A stretch of 46,423 nt of DNA. Origin: Chthonomonadaceae bacterium (lineage in GTDB: Bacteria > Armatimonadota > Chthonomonadetes > Chthonomonadales > Chthonomonadaceae). The stretch lies in the NCBI GenBank assembly GCA_035650735.1, contig DASRGZ010000031.1, forward strand, positions 1-46,423, written 5' to 3'. Positions 7,967-16,499 of this stretch are shown here, one piece after another (position 1 is the stretch's first letter; every line of letters starts with the position of its first letter). The notes beneath the pieces are model-generated. The model made no database searches and was not told where the DNA came from. It was given only the letters and a program-made list of their open reading frames with translations. The position numbers and the translations under genes were made by a program.

Positions 7967-8971
7967 CTAGCTCCGTTCCCATAGGGAATCGAGAGGCGGC
8001 AGAACCAGCCATTCCAGCGCCGCCATGTCCGGCGGACGGCTCAAGAAAGCGGCGCGCTCCGCAGCCGGCACCTTGAAGGCGCCGTCAATGCGGGCATGGC
8101 ACCAGGTCAGGACCAACTGCGGCAGCAGAGCGGCACATTCCGCTGCCGTCAGCAGCCCCGCTTCCGCCGTGTAGGCGCGCAGGAAGGCGGACACCACATC
8201 AGCCTCCAGATAGGGCGTCTGCGTCAGGGAGCGAATATCGCCGCCATCGAAGGGGTCAGCATGGGACGCGCAGCAGATCAGGATGGCAAAGCACAGGTCA
8301 TAGAGCCGCGCCTGCCAGCCGCACCAATCCAGATCCACAAACGCACGAATGCGGCCCTCCTGCATCACGAGATTGGCGGGCTGGATGTCGCCATGAATGA
8401 GCGTGTGCGGCAGGGCTGCGTAACGCGAATCGGGCAGATCCCCGGCGGCCCATTCCAGTACGGCGCAATAGCCCCGCAATGCTTCCGCTGTATCTGGCGA
8501 CTCCGCAACCAGAGTCTTTGCGCGCTCCCGTAAGCGATTCGGGTCCATCTCGCCGCGTGGGGCCGCTTTCTCATAATGCAGCGGAAACTCCCTCCCCGCC
8601 TGATGCCACTGCGCCAGCGCAGCGCCGAGCGCCGCCACATCCGCCGCCTCCCCATCGCGCAGGTGCCGTCCCTCCACGCAGGGGAAGACCTCCCACACGG
8701 CCCCGTCAAGCTCCGACCACGTCGCGCCCTCGCAGGATTGGCGTGGTGGCAGTACAGGAACCCGGCGATCCGCCAGGTAACTGGCTGCGGCATGATCGTG
8801 CCAGATGCGCTCCGGCTCGCAATAGGCAGGATGGCGCCGGCGCACAAACCACCGACCCCGGTCTGTGGTGAGGACATAGTTGGCGTTGCGCGTTCCGCCG
8901 GCGGTCACTATCGTGCGCGGTTGGCCCAGAGCAAAGTGAGCGCAGAGCGTCTTTGCCAGAGATGGTTCCAT
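7967..8971 (-). CDS. APH / type II homoserine kinase-like phosphotransferase
   Basis: GGTRNANY glycine loop, IHGDIQPAN catalytic loop, FVDLD, RLYDL. Confidence 0.85.
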   Translation of the reverse strand: MEPSLAKTLCAHFALGQPRTIVTAGGTRNANYVLTTDRGRWFVRRRHPAYCEPERIWHDHAAASYLADRRVPVLPPRQSCEGATWSELDGAVWEVFPCVEGRHLRDGEAADVAALGAALAQWHQAGREFPLHYEKAAPRGEMDPNRLRERAKTLVAESPDTAEALRGYCAVLEWAAGDLPDSRYAALPHTLIHGDIQPANLVMQEGRIRAFVDLDWCGWQARLYDLCFAILICCASHADPFDGGDIRSLTQTPYLEADVVSAFLRAYTAEAGLLTAAECAALLPQLVLTWCHARIDGAFKVPAAERAAFLSRPPDMAALEWLVLPPLDSLWERS

Positions 8972-9065
8972 ATGTGCCCCCTTATGGATAAACTAACATA
9001 TCCGCGGCGATATAGCAAGCGTATTTTTGCTTGCCGTGGAACGATATGCCTCCTGAGACAGAGAA

Positions 9066-9150
9066 ACCCTGCCGCGAATGCTCTTTGATTTTCAAGGTAT
9101 GTCGGAATCTGGCTCCGATTTAGATTGGCAAAGAGCATCGGCGGCAGGGT
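9066..9150. repeat. Long inverted repeat related to REP family B
   Basis: ACCCTGCCGC.GAATGCTCTTTG ... CAAAGAGCAT.CG.GCGGCAGGGT. Confidence 0.7.
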
Positions 9151-9162
9151 CGGAAACTCGCG

Positions 9163-9993
9163 CTAGAGCGCAGCAAGAGATATGTCAGGCGGAGGCGGTG
9201 GGGGCGTCTCTCCCGGCCCACCCGGCGGCGGTCCAAACCCTCCAGGCGGTGGTAGTCCGAAGCCCTCGCCCGGTCCTGGCTGCGGATGCGCTTGCAGGTA
9301 GTTCTCGACCAGCGTTTGCTGCCCTTCGGTCAGGACAGCCATCGCCTTTTCATGCGTCTCTTGTCGGGACTGCATGACAATCTCCCGCAGCGCCTCGAAG
9401 TTGCCGCTCTGCCGTGCTTCGTCCATCTTCTCACGCAGCGTCTGCTGCGCTTTCGCGACGAGGGAGGCGATCTGATGCTTCTGATCGGCAGTCAGTTTCA
9501 GGTCGCTCATCAGCGCGGCGGGGATGCCTGCCGCCCGCAGCGTCCCTATATCCTTCAACACTGCCGGGAGCGCGCTTTTCTGTTCTGAAGTCAGAACGGT
9601 TGCGATCTGCTGCGAGGCTTGCCGTTCCAGGCGGAACATCTTTTGGAAGTTGGCCCGCATTGTTTCCGGATCGGGCGGTGGCCCGCCCTGATCCGGGGGC
9701 GGGGGCATCAGGTCGCGTCGGAGCTTTTGGAACTGGGCTTGTATCTGGGCGATTTTATCTTTCTGGGTTGCGGTCAGCTTCAATCCGGCTTCCAGGGCCG
9801 AGAGCGGGGCATGGACTGGCGATAGGCCCCTCCCACCCGGCCCACCGAAGCGGAAACCGGGTCCTGGACCGGGCGGCGGCCCGCCCGGAGGCCCTCCGGG
9901 AGGCTGTGCCAGCGCCAGGGTCGCGACGGCAATCAACGCCAGGGCGATGAGCAAGACTTCAACTAAGCCGGTCAGTCGTATAGGACGTGACAT
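9163..9993 (-). CDS. Secreted Spy/CpxP-like (LTXXQ) helical protein
   Basis: Signal peptide; four LTxxQ motifs (LTATQ, LTSEQ, LTADQ, LTEGQ); Pro/Gly-rich termini. Confidence 0.8.
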   Translation of the reverse strand: MSRPIRLTGLVEVLLIALALIAVATLALAQPPGGPPGGPPPGPGPGFRFGGPGGRGLSPVHAPLSALEAGLKLTATQKDKIAQIQAQFQKLRRDLMPPPPDQGGPPPDPETMRANFQKMFRLERQASQQIATVLTSEQKSALPAVLKDIGTLRAAGIPAALMSDLKLTADQKHQIASLVAKAQQTLREKMDEARQSGNFEALREIVMQSRQETHEKAMAVLTEGQQTLVENYLQAHPQPGPGEGFGLPPPGGFGPPPGGPGETPPPPPPDISLAAL

Positions 9994-10038
9994 CGGTACT
10001 GTCTCCTTCTGTGTAGTAAGCTAGCTCGATTCTATGTA

Positions 10039-10151
10039 AACAGGACGCTCCCTCTGCCAGATGCATCGGTGCTCTATGTTCTTAGCCCCTTAGAACCTTA
10101 GCGCCCTGGGAACAGAACGCTCCCTCTGCTGGATCAATTGGTGCTGAATGT
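10039..10151. repeat. Degenerate 41-bp direct repeat with 31-bp filler
   Basis: 10039-10079 versus 10111-10151, 33/41 identical. Confidence 0.75.
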
Positions 10152-10994
10152 GACGGGATGGGCGGAATCCTCCGTGCCCGCCGCCAGGCCGTTATCCCTA
10201 TCTTGCGGCGCGCTCGAATCCCCGGCGTTGCCTCCGGGCGAGACGGCCTGCGAGCGGAAGAACTTGGCGTGTCCATCGGCCAGGAAGAAGATAGCGCCCT
10301 CCGAATGGCGGCCCTTCTCGCTTTTGAAGAGAGACGGGTAGGGGACTTGCGGCGCTGTAGCCAGATGATAGCCGCCCATCGTTCCCGTATCATACTGGAC
10401 TGGCCCGGCGACCGCAGGCGTGGCCGTGCCCTCTATGGCCGTCAGGATATAGAGCCCATCGCCCGCCGCCGAGTAGAGCGGAGTCGGAGACGAGGGCTGC
10501 TCGCCCGAAACGATCACGTTTGCCAGGTCGCCGGTTCCCTCCGCCAGCACGACCGTGTTGGCGGGCGCGTTGAGGCCGGCAAGGGCGGAGTGGGTCGCGA
10601 CATTGTAGTTGTAGATATAGGAGACGGGATACAGCGTTATGCCATTCCCGGAAACCTGCGACGTGCTATCATCCGGGCATTTGAAGATCTGCGCGTTCTT
10701 CGTATAGGCGTAGACCTGCCCGGCCCACCCCTTGCCATAGTCGGCGGGATTGGGAGCGAATGGATTGAAGCGCCCGGACGGGAACTGCTCGTCGTAGTCC
10801 TCGGCATACATCAGGAGCGCCGTGCCGATCTGCTTGCTGTTGGAGAGGCAGGAAGTCTGGCGCGCTTTTTCGCGGGCCTGTGAAAAGACCGGAAACAAAA
10901 TCGCAGCCAGTATTGCGATGATCGCAATAACGACTAGCAACTCAATGAGCGTGAAGGCGCTCTGCCTGTGAGAAGGTATCCTTTTGGTTTGCAT
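10134..10994 (-). CDS. Prepilin-type / H-X9-DG (DUF1559-like) protein
   Basis: [60 protein letters not shown]. Confidence 0.9.
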   Translation of the reverse strand: MQTKRIPSHRQSAFTLIELLVVIAIIAILAAILFPVFSQAREKARQTSCLSNSKQIGTALLMYAEDYDEQFPSGRFNPFAPNPADYGKGWAGQVYAYTKNAQIFKCPDDSTSQVSGNGITLYPVSYIYNYNVATHSALAGLNAPANTVVLAEGTGDLANVIVSGEQPSSPTPLYSAAGDGLYILTAIEGTATPAVAGPVQYDTGTMGGYHLATAPQVPYPSLFKSEKGRHSEGAIFFLADGHAKFFRSQAVSPGGNAGDSSAPQDRDNGLAAGTEDSAHPVTFSTN

Positions 10995-11147
10995 GTTCCT
11001 ACTCCTTGCTGTACTGCGTACCGCATCGGCAACGCCTGAAAGGGCGTTCTCTCCGACACGGCTTACGTTTTTATACGTACTTCTGTATCCTCAGAGTCTC
11101 GCCTGGCTAGCCGCACACGCATTAACCTCCCTGGGAAGGTAATGGGA

Positions 11148-11918
11148 CTAAGGGCAGACGTCTACATTACTGCCGCCGGTCTGGTATCGGTTGGCAAGAA
11201 TCTGTTCGGAACGGAACCACTTGGCATGGCCGTCCATGAACGCGGCGTTAGAGCCTTGTGTATGCCGGGTGGACAGCAGATTGAGACGATAGAACAGATA
11301 TCCGTCGTCGGTGGAATTGGTGCGCAGGAACGCGCCTGTCGCGGCGTCCTGCCCGCCGGGAACGCTCAGCGCGGCCTCTTCCCCCAAAAGCATCCAGTCC
11401 GAGGCCGAGTCGAAGGCTGCCAGGGACTTTCCAAAGGCCACACCCGGCCCGACGCGGTTGAAGATGCAAGAGTTGGCGGCATACGAGTCGCCGGAAGCGC
11501 TGCCCTGCGAGTCAGAGGGACAGATATATAGCTGCGCGTTCTTAACGTAGGGATAGAGACTGCCCTGCGTGACATCGAAGGCCTGGCCGCCGTTGGTGAC
11601 GTCGTTGGCAGGAAAATGGCGGAAGTAGAGCCAGCCGCCTGGCTGTCCCGCTCCGGCGGGTCCGTCGGTCGAATTGGGCAGTTTCTCATCATAGTCCTGA
11701 GTGTAGAGCGCAAAGGCAAGCCCGAGCTGCTTCTGATTGCTCAGACAGCTTGCTTTGCGCGCGTTTTCTCTGGCCTGGGCGAAGACGGGAAACAGGATCG
11801 CTGCCAGCACCGCAATAATGGCAATGACCACGAGCAATTCGATAAGTGTAAAGCCAGTTTGCGCTCGACTCCGCCGGGAGCGAAGGGACGAAGGCCATTG
11901 TTGTGTTGTCGGCTGCAT
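11148..11918 (-). CDS. Prepilin-type / H-X9-DG (DUF1559-like) protein
   Basis: [50 protein letters not shown]. Confidence 0.9.
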   Translation of the reverse strand: MQPTTQQWPSSLRSRRSRAQTGFTLIELLVVIAIIAVLAAILFPVFAQARENARKASCLSNQKQLGLAFALYTQDYDEKLPNSTDGPAGAGQPGGWLYFRHFPANDVTNGGQAFDVTQGSLYPYVKNAQLYICPSDSQGSASGDSYAANSCIFNRVGPGVAFGKSLAAFDSASDWMLLGEEAALSVPGGQDAATGAFLRTNSTDDGYLFYRLNLLSTRHTQGSNAAFMDGHAKWFRSEQILANRYQTGGSNVDVCP

Positions 11919-12090
11919 AACTATGCTCCTTGTCCTGACCTGTTCTTAACGTGATACGTTAAGAGCTTGAGGCGGCGGGCCGCTCATCATCCCTCCAGGG
12001 GGAGGCAACATCTCACCTGGTCTCGCGTCCGTTGCATCCTAATTCCTCATAGTAAGGTAAAGAGGACCGGTTTCCGGTAACTTCTTATAC

Positions 12091-12122
12091 AGGATACAAA
12101 GCTCCGATGAAAAAGTCATGAA
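12091..12122 (-). promoter_or_regulatory. Putative OmpR-family direct-repeat box with -10 element
   Basis: Minus strand TTCATGACTTTTTCAT, 10 nt, TATCCT. Confidence 0.65.
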
Positions 12123-12158
12123 AACGCAAATTTGGTTCAGAAAATTAAATTCTCTATT

Positions 12159-12383
12159 TTATTGACGGTGGGAGCGTACCATAGTAGCGCGATAGCCACT
12201 CTCGCGGGATGGAACCACGCGGCTCCGTCTTCCCGAACGCTTCAGACGCAGGGCGCCGGCACGCCGCTGAGCGCGCCTGCGCCGGGCGCACCGGTACGCA
12301 CCCGGTTCGGGTTGCGCTTCCGCACTATAGCCGAGTTCCTCAGGCGGCCAGAAGATCCAGCCATAAACGCAAAGGATGTCCAT
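12159..12383 (-). CDS. Candidate small Arg-rich protein (74 aa)
   Basis: Purine-rich RBS (GAGGAAAGGGG); only ORF downstream of the box at 12498; no family recognised. Confidence 0.35.
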   Translation of the reverse strand: MDILCVYGWIFWPPEELGYSAEAQPEPGAYRCARRRRAQRRAGALRLKRSGRRSRVVPSRESGYRATMVRSHRQ

Positions 12384-12481
12384 TGCACCGGTTTTCCCCT
12401 TTCCTCTCTAGCGGTGGCCTTCGCTGTGCGCGTCGGTTTCGCCCTATGTCGGAAATGCGAAGCGGCGGCCTCTGGATAATG

Positions 12482-12513
12482 AGGGTAACAGGGTCAAATG
12501 AAAAAGTCATGAA
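12482..12513 (-). promoter_or_regulatory. Putative OmpR-family direct-repeat box with -10 element
   Basis: Identical 16-mer TTCATGACTTTTTCAT, 10 nt, TACCCT. Confidence 0.65.
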
Positions 12514-12643
12514 TCTCTTCAATAGGTAGACACTCCCAGCCGTGTGGATCAATCTCACGCAGCCTGCTGCTGAGGAGATACGTCAATACCGTTGGGAGGG
12601 ATTACCCTTCAATATAAACCTGAAAGAATCAATCAAGCTGGCA

Positions 12644-12675
12644 TTCATGATTTTTTCATATATTTATGCAATGCT
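12644..12675 (+). promoter_or_regulatory. Putative autoregulatory box of the two-component system
   Basis: TTCATGATTTTTTCAT (15/16 match), 10 nt, weak -10 AATGCT, upstream of the response regulator. Confidence 0.55.
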
Positions 12676-12714
12676 AATGGAAAGGCCGCTTATTGGGATA
12701 AACCGGGGGAAAGC

Positions 12715-13401
12715 GTGAAGATTCTGCTGATCGAGGACGACGTCGCGATTGCCCAGGTGATCCGGCGTGGGCTGGAGAACGCGCGCTATGGCGTGGACGT
12801 CGCTCAGGATGGTCGGTCCGGGCTGGCGATGGCGTCGGAGAACGCCTATGGCCTTATCCTGCTGGACATCATGCTGCCTGGCATGGATGGCTGGGAGGTC
12901 TGCGAGTCGCTTCGGGCGCGGCGGAGCCAGGCGCCTATCCTGATGCTCACCGCCCGGGACGGCCTTCAGGACCGGGTGCGCGGGCTGGACATCGGCGCCG
13001 ACGACTACCTGCCCAAGCCCTTCGAATTTCCGGAACTGCTGGCGCGTATCCGGGCGCTCCTGCGCCGCGATAAGGTCCACCGAACGCGCGTGGTGCGCGT
13101 CGCCGACCTGGAGATAGACACCGGAACGCGCCGCGTCACGCGCGCCGGGCAGGAGATCGCACTGACTGACCGGGAGTACACTCTGCTCGAAGCCCTGGCG
13201 CTGCGGGAAGGGCAGGTGCTGACGCGCGAGATCATTCAAGAGCGGGTCTGGGCCGAAGATTCGGCCTATTCCAACGTCGTAGATGTCTACATCCGTTCGC
13301 TGCGTAAGAAGCTGGACCGGGAACCGCTCCCCAAGCTGATCCACACCGTTCACGGCATGGGCTATGTGCTGCGCGCGCCGCGCCCGGAGGAAGCCGAGTG
13401 A
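12715..13401 (+). CDS. OmpR/PhoB-family response regulator (CusR-like)
   Basis: KILLIEDD, LLDIMLPGMDG, LTARD, GADDYLPKPF, wHTH NVVDVYIRSLRKK..IHTVHGMGY; GTG start after GGGGGA. Confidence 0.95.
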   Translation: MKILLIEDDVAIAQVIRRGLENARYGVDVAQDGRSGLAMASENAYGLILLDIMLPGMDGWEVCESLRARRSQAPILMLTARDGLQDRVRGLDIGADDYLPKPFEFPELLARIRALLRRDKVHRTRVVRVADLEIDTGTRRVTRAGQEIALTDREYTLLEALALREGQVLTREIIQERVWAEDSAYSNVVDVYIRSLRKKLDREPLPKLIHTVHGMGYVLRAPRPEEAE

Positions 13402-13474
13402 AGCCGCCTGGAGCGCGCAACCTATTTCCTCTAACCTGCTCTCTACGGGGGACGCCGTGCCTGGAGGACGCCGC

Positions 13475-14959
13475 ATGAAGCAGTGGCGCTTCCTAACTTC
13501 CGTCCGCGCGCGCCTCACGCTCTGGAATGTGGGCGTGCTGGCGCTGGCGCTCCTGGTAGCGGGCGGCATGCTGCGCCTGAGCCTCGCGCGGAACCTGACG
13601 GCTTCGGTGAACCAGGAGCTTGCCGCCGAGGCACGCTTCCATCAGGTCGTGTGGGCGCGCGGACTGGCCGGGCCCTGGAGAGGCTCCGGCCCGCCGTGGG
13701 AGCGGAGGCCGATGGGATTGACCTTGCCCGGCGTACCCGCGCCGCCTCCCCCGCGTCATCCGCCGGCAGGCCCCGGCCCGCCCTCCCGGCGGATGACAAG
13801 GGTGTTTGATCGGAACGGGCGGTCCCTGTTCCCGTCAGGCGAGGGCGCTCCCTGGGACCGTCGCGCCTTTGCCCTCGCCGCGCAGGGGCAGGAGCTCTAT
13901 TCTACCGTCCGCGTGGAGGGCGAGCCGCTGCGCGTCTTCTCGGCCCCGCTGCGCCAGAACGGGCAGGTGGCTGGCGTCGTGCAGGTCGTCTACTCCCTGG
14001 CGGACGTGGAGCGCGCCCTGACCAACCTGAATCAGACCTTGCTGGCGCTCGCGCCCGTCGCGCTGGCCCTCGCCGCAGCCGGGGGCCTGTTTCTGACAGG
14101 GCGTATGCTCCGGCCTGTCCGTGCCGCCACCCAGGCCGCTGCGCGCATCGGCGCGGGAGAGCTCTCGCGCCGCCTGCCGGTCGTGGGAGGGGACGAGTTC
14201 GCCGAGTTGGCCGCCACGCTGAACGCGATGCTGGGCCGTCTGGAGCAAGCCTTCGAGCAGCAGCGGCGCTTCACCGCCGACGCCTCGCACGAGCTGCGCA
14301 CGCCGCTGACGGTCATTAAGGCCAACACCAGCCTGGCCCTCTCGGACCCGGACCTTCCCGCCGAACACCGCCAAGCCTGGGAGGCCACCGACCGCGCCGC
14401 AAGCCGGATGCGCGCCCTCGTTCAAGACTTGCTCTTGTTGGCCCGCTCCGATGCGGGTGAGTTCAAGTTTGAGTTACGGCCTACCCTGCTCCGCGAGGTC
14501 GTTGAATCCGCCATAGAGGCCGCGCAGGTTCCGGGCAGCGCCCCAGTCGCCAATGAGGTCAGCGGCGAACTGGCCGTCTTCGGGGAACCGGGCCACCTGG
14601 TGCGACTCTTCGTCAATCTGCTGACTAACGCCATCCGTCACACGCCCCCGTGCGGCTGCATCTCGGTCTCTGCCCGTGCAGAAGGGGAGTTTGTCCGCGT
14701 CCTGGTCGAGGATACCGGGACGGGCATCCCGCCGGAGCATCTGCCGCACGTTCTGGATCGCTTCTACCGGGTGGATAGCGCCCGCTCGCGCGAGGAGGGC
14801 GGCACCGGACTGGGGCTTGCCATCAGCAAAAGCATCGCGGAGGCGCATGGCGGAATCCTTCGCATTGACAGCGTTCTTGGACAGGGTACCACCGTCCAGA
14901 TTACCCTGCGGAGGGCGCCCACCGCCGGGGAAGGCAGCCGGCACGAAGAGGGGCGTTAG
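13475..14959 (+). CDS. HAMP sensor histidine kinase
   Basis: Two TM segments, HAMP, H-box DASHELRTPL, NLLTNA, DTGTGI, GTGLGLAI; GGAGG RBS. Confidence 0.95.
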   Translation: MKQWRFLTSVRARLTLWNVGVLALALLVAGGMLRLSLARNLTASVNQELAAEARFHQVVWARGLAGPWRGSGPPWERRPMGLTLPGVPAPPPPRHPPAGPGPPSRRMTRVFDRNGRSLFPSGEGAPWDRRAFALAAQGQELYSTVRVEGEPLRVFSAPLRQNGQVAGVVQVVYSLADVERALTNLNQTLLALAPVALALAAAGGLFLTGRMLRPVRAATQAAARIGAGELSRRLPVVGGDEFAELAATLNAMLGRLEQAFEQQRRFTADASHELRTPLTVIKANTSLALSDPDLPAEHRQAWEATDRAASRMRALVQDLLLLARSDAGEFKFELRPTLLREVVESAIEAAQVPGSAPVANEVSGELAVFGEPGHLVRLFVNLLTNAIRHTPPCGCISVSARAEGEFVRVLVEDTGTGIPPEHLPHVLDRFYRVDSARSREEGGTGLGLAISKSIAEAHGGILRIDSVLGQGTTVQITLRRAPTAGEGSRHEEGR

Positions 14960-15025
14960 CGCATTCTTGCCCCGCCCTTCCGCCTGCCTTCGGCTCAACC
15001 CCGAACCCGATCAGGAAAGGGAAAT

Positions 15026-15712
15026 ATGATGAACGAAGCCAAAACCGCTCTAAGCCGTGCCCATTTATTTTCCAGCCGTCGCGGCTTTCTCGCCCGGCTT
15101 GCCTCCGGCATCTTCCTATGCTCCAGCGGCGCGACGTTCGCGGAGGAGCTCGTGCAGACGCCGCGACAGACCCAGGGGCCGTTCTACCCGGACAGGCTGC
15201 CTCTCGACACAGATAACGACTTGCTCATCATCAACGATAGCATCACGCCTGCCGTCGGCGCGGTCACCTATCTCAGCGGGCGCATTCTGGATGCGCGCGG
15301 CGAGCCAGTGCGGGGCGCGGTCGTCGAAATCTGGCAGGTGGATAACAATGGCGCTTACATTCACAGCGGAGGCGCTAACTTTACGAACCGGGACCCCAAC
15401 TTCCAGGGGTTCGGGCGCTTCCTGACCGGCTCGACCGGGGAGTATCTGTTCCGCACCATCAGGCCGGTGCCTTACCCGGGCCGCACGCCGCATATCCACG
15501 TTGCTGTTAAAGTCAAGGGGCGGAGTAAGTTCACGACCCAGTGCTACATCAAAGGCCATCCTCAGAACGCGGGGGACGGCGTTCTCGGAGGCATCCAGGA
15601 CCCCCGGCAAAGGGCCGTCGTCATGGTCCCCTTCGTTCCCATTCAAGGATCGCGCCTCGGTGAGCTTGCGGCGCATTTTGACATTGTGCTTGGATTCACT
15701 CCTACCGCCTGA
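15026..15712 (+). CDS. Intradiol ring-cleavage (protocatechuate 3,4-dioxygenase-like) protein with Tat signal
   Basis: SRRGFL Tat motif; GPFYP, VEIWQ..GAY, PVPY, RTPHIH (Tyr/Tyr/His/His iron ligands). Confidence 0.85.
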   Translation: MMNEAKTALSRAHLFSSRRGFLARLASGIFLCSSGATFAEELVQTPRQTQGPFYPDRLPLDTDNDLLIINDSITPAVGAVTYLSGRILDARGEPVRGAVVEIWQVDNNGAYIHSGGANFTNRDPNFQGFGRFLTGSTGEYLFRTIRPVPYPGRTPHIHVAVKVKGRSKFTTQCYIKGHPQNAGDGVLGGIQDPRQRAVVMVPFVPIQGSRLGELAAHFDIVLGFTPTA

Positions 15713-15743
15713 CGCCTGGCAGCAACGCCCTCACCCCAGCAGA

Positions 15744-15799
15744 CCTCACCGCCAGCCCCTCTCCCTTCTCCTTCGCAAGGAGAGGGGCTGGCGGTGAGG
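15744..15799. repeat. REP family C hairpin with perfect 21-bp stem
   Basis: CCTCACCGCCAGCCCCTCTCC ... GGAGAGGGGCTGGCGGTGAGG. Confidence 0.85.
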
Positions 15800-15968
15800 G
15801 CCGCCTGGAGGCAGCATTTTCATGCAGGAGTGCAAGCCGCCGTTGATGAAGACTCTGCCGACCTGATTTGAGGTTGGGCGTTCGAGAGGTAACCGCGCTT
15901 ACAGACAAGGCTGTCTGCTGCCTTGATCCTTTTGGAGACAAATCACACAAAGAGAGGAGCCCTTATTG

Positions 15969-16409
15969 ATGTCTTCCGTGAAGAAAGAGACGACCGTTTT
16001 GGTTATGACAAGCCTTGCTCTCCTCGCCTTCCTGCTCGTCCTGGCAGGCTGCTCCAAGAATGAGCAGAACACTTCTGCGGGCGAGCAGAGCGCTCCTGCC
16101 GCGCCAAGAAGTACGCAGAGCGCTCCTGCTTCGGCGCCCACAGGCTCTACCGATCTCGTTTCCGCCGGAAAGGCCGTCTACGATGCCAATGGCTGTGCCC
16201 GATGCCATGCCATCGGCGGCGCGGGCGGGCGCATGGGGCCGGATCTGTCTAAGGTCGGTGCGGAGCCTACACACACTCCCGAATGGCTTGTGCAGCACGT
16301 CAAGAACCCGAAATCGCAGAACCCTGCATCGCGAATGCCGCCCTTCGAGGGCAAGATCAGCGACAAAGACCTGCTTGCTCTCGGCGCTTACCTTGCCAGC
16401 CTGAAATAA
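15969..16409 (+). CDS. Monoheme cytochrome c lipoprotein
   Basis: Lipobox LAGC, CARCH heme motif, GPDL, distal Met in RMPPF. Confidence 0.9.
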   Translation: MSSVKKETTVLVMTSLALLAFLLVLAGCSKNEQNTSAGEQSAPAAPRSTQSAPASAPTGSTDLVSAGKAVYDANGCARCHAIGGAGGRMGPDLSKVGAEPTHTPEWLVQHVKNPKSQNPASRMPPFEGKISDKDLLALGAYLASLK

Positions 16410-16414
16410 GCCCT

Positions 16415-16499
16415 TTTCTAAACGCCATGACCAGCGAACACTCATGTTTCGTGATCCGTGACACGAGCCACCTTTCTAAACACCATGACCAGTGAACAC
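16415..16499. repeat. 27-bp direct repeat (2 mismatches) with 31-bp filler, spanning a start codon
   Basis: TTTCTAAACRCCATGACCAGYGAACAC at 16415-16441 and 16473-16499. Confidence 0.85.

Noticed and set aside
12410..12460. c-di-GMP-I riboswitch (GGGCGAAACC on the minus strand)
   Set aside because: Lacks the following GAAA-tetraloop stem and the GACGCAAAGC / receptor elements
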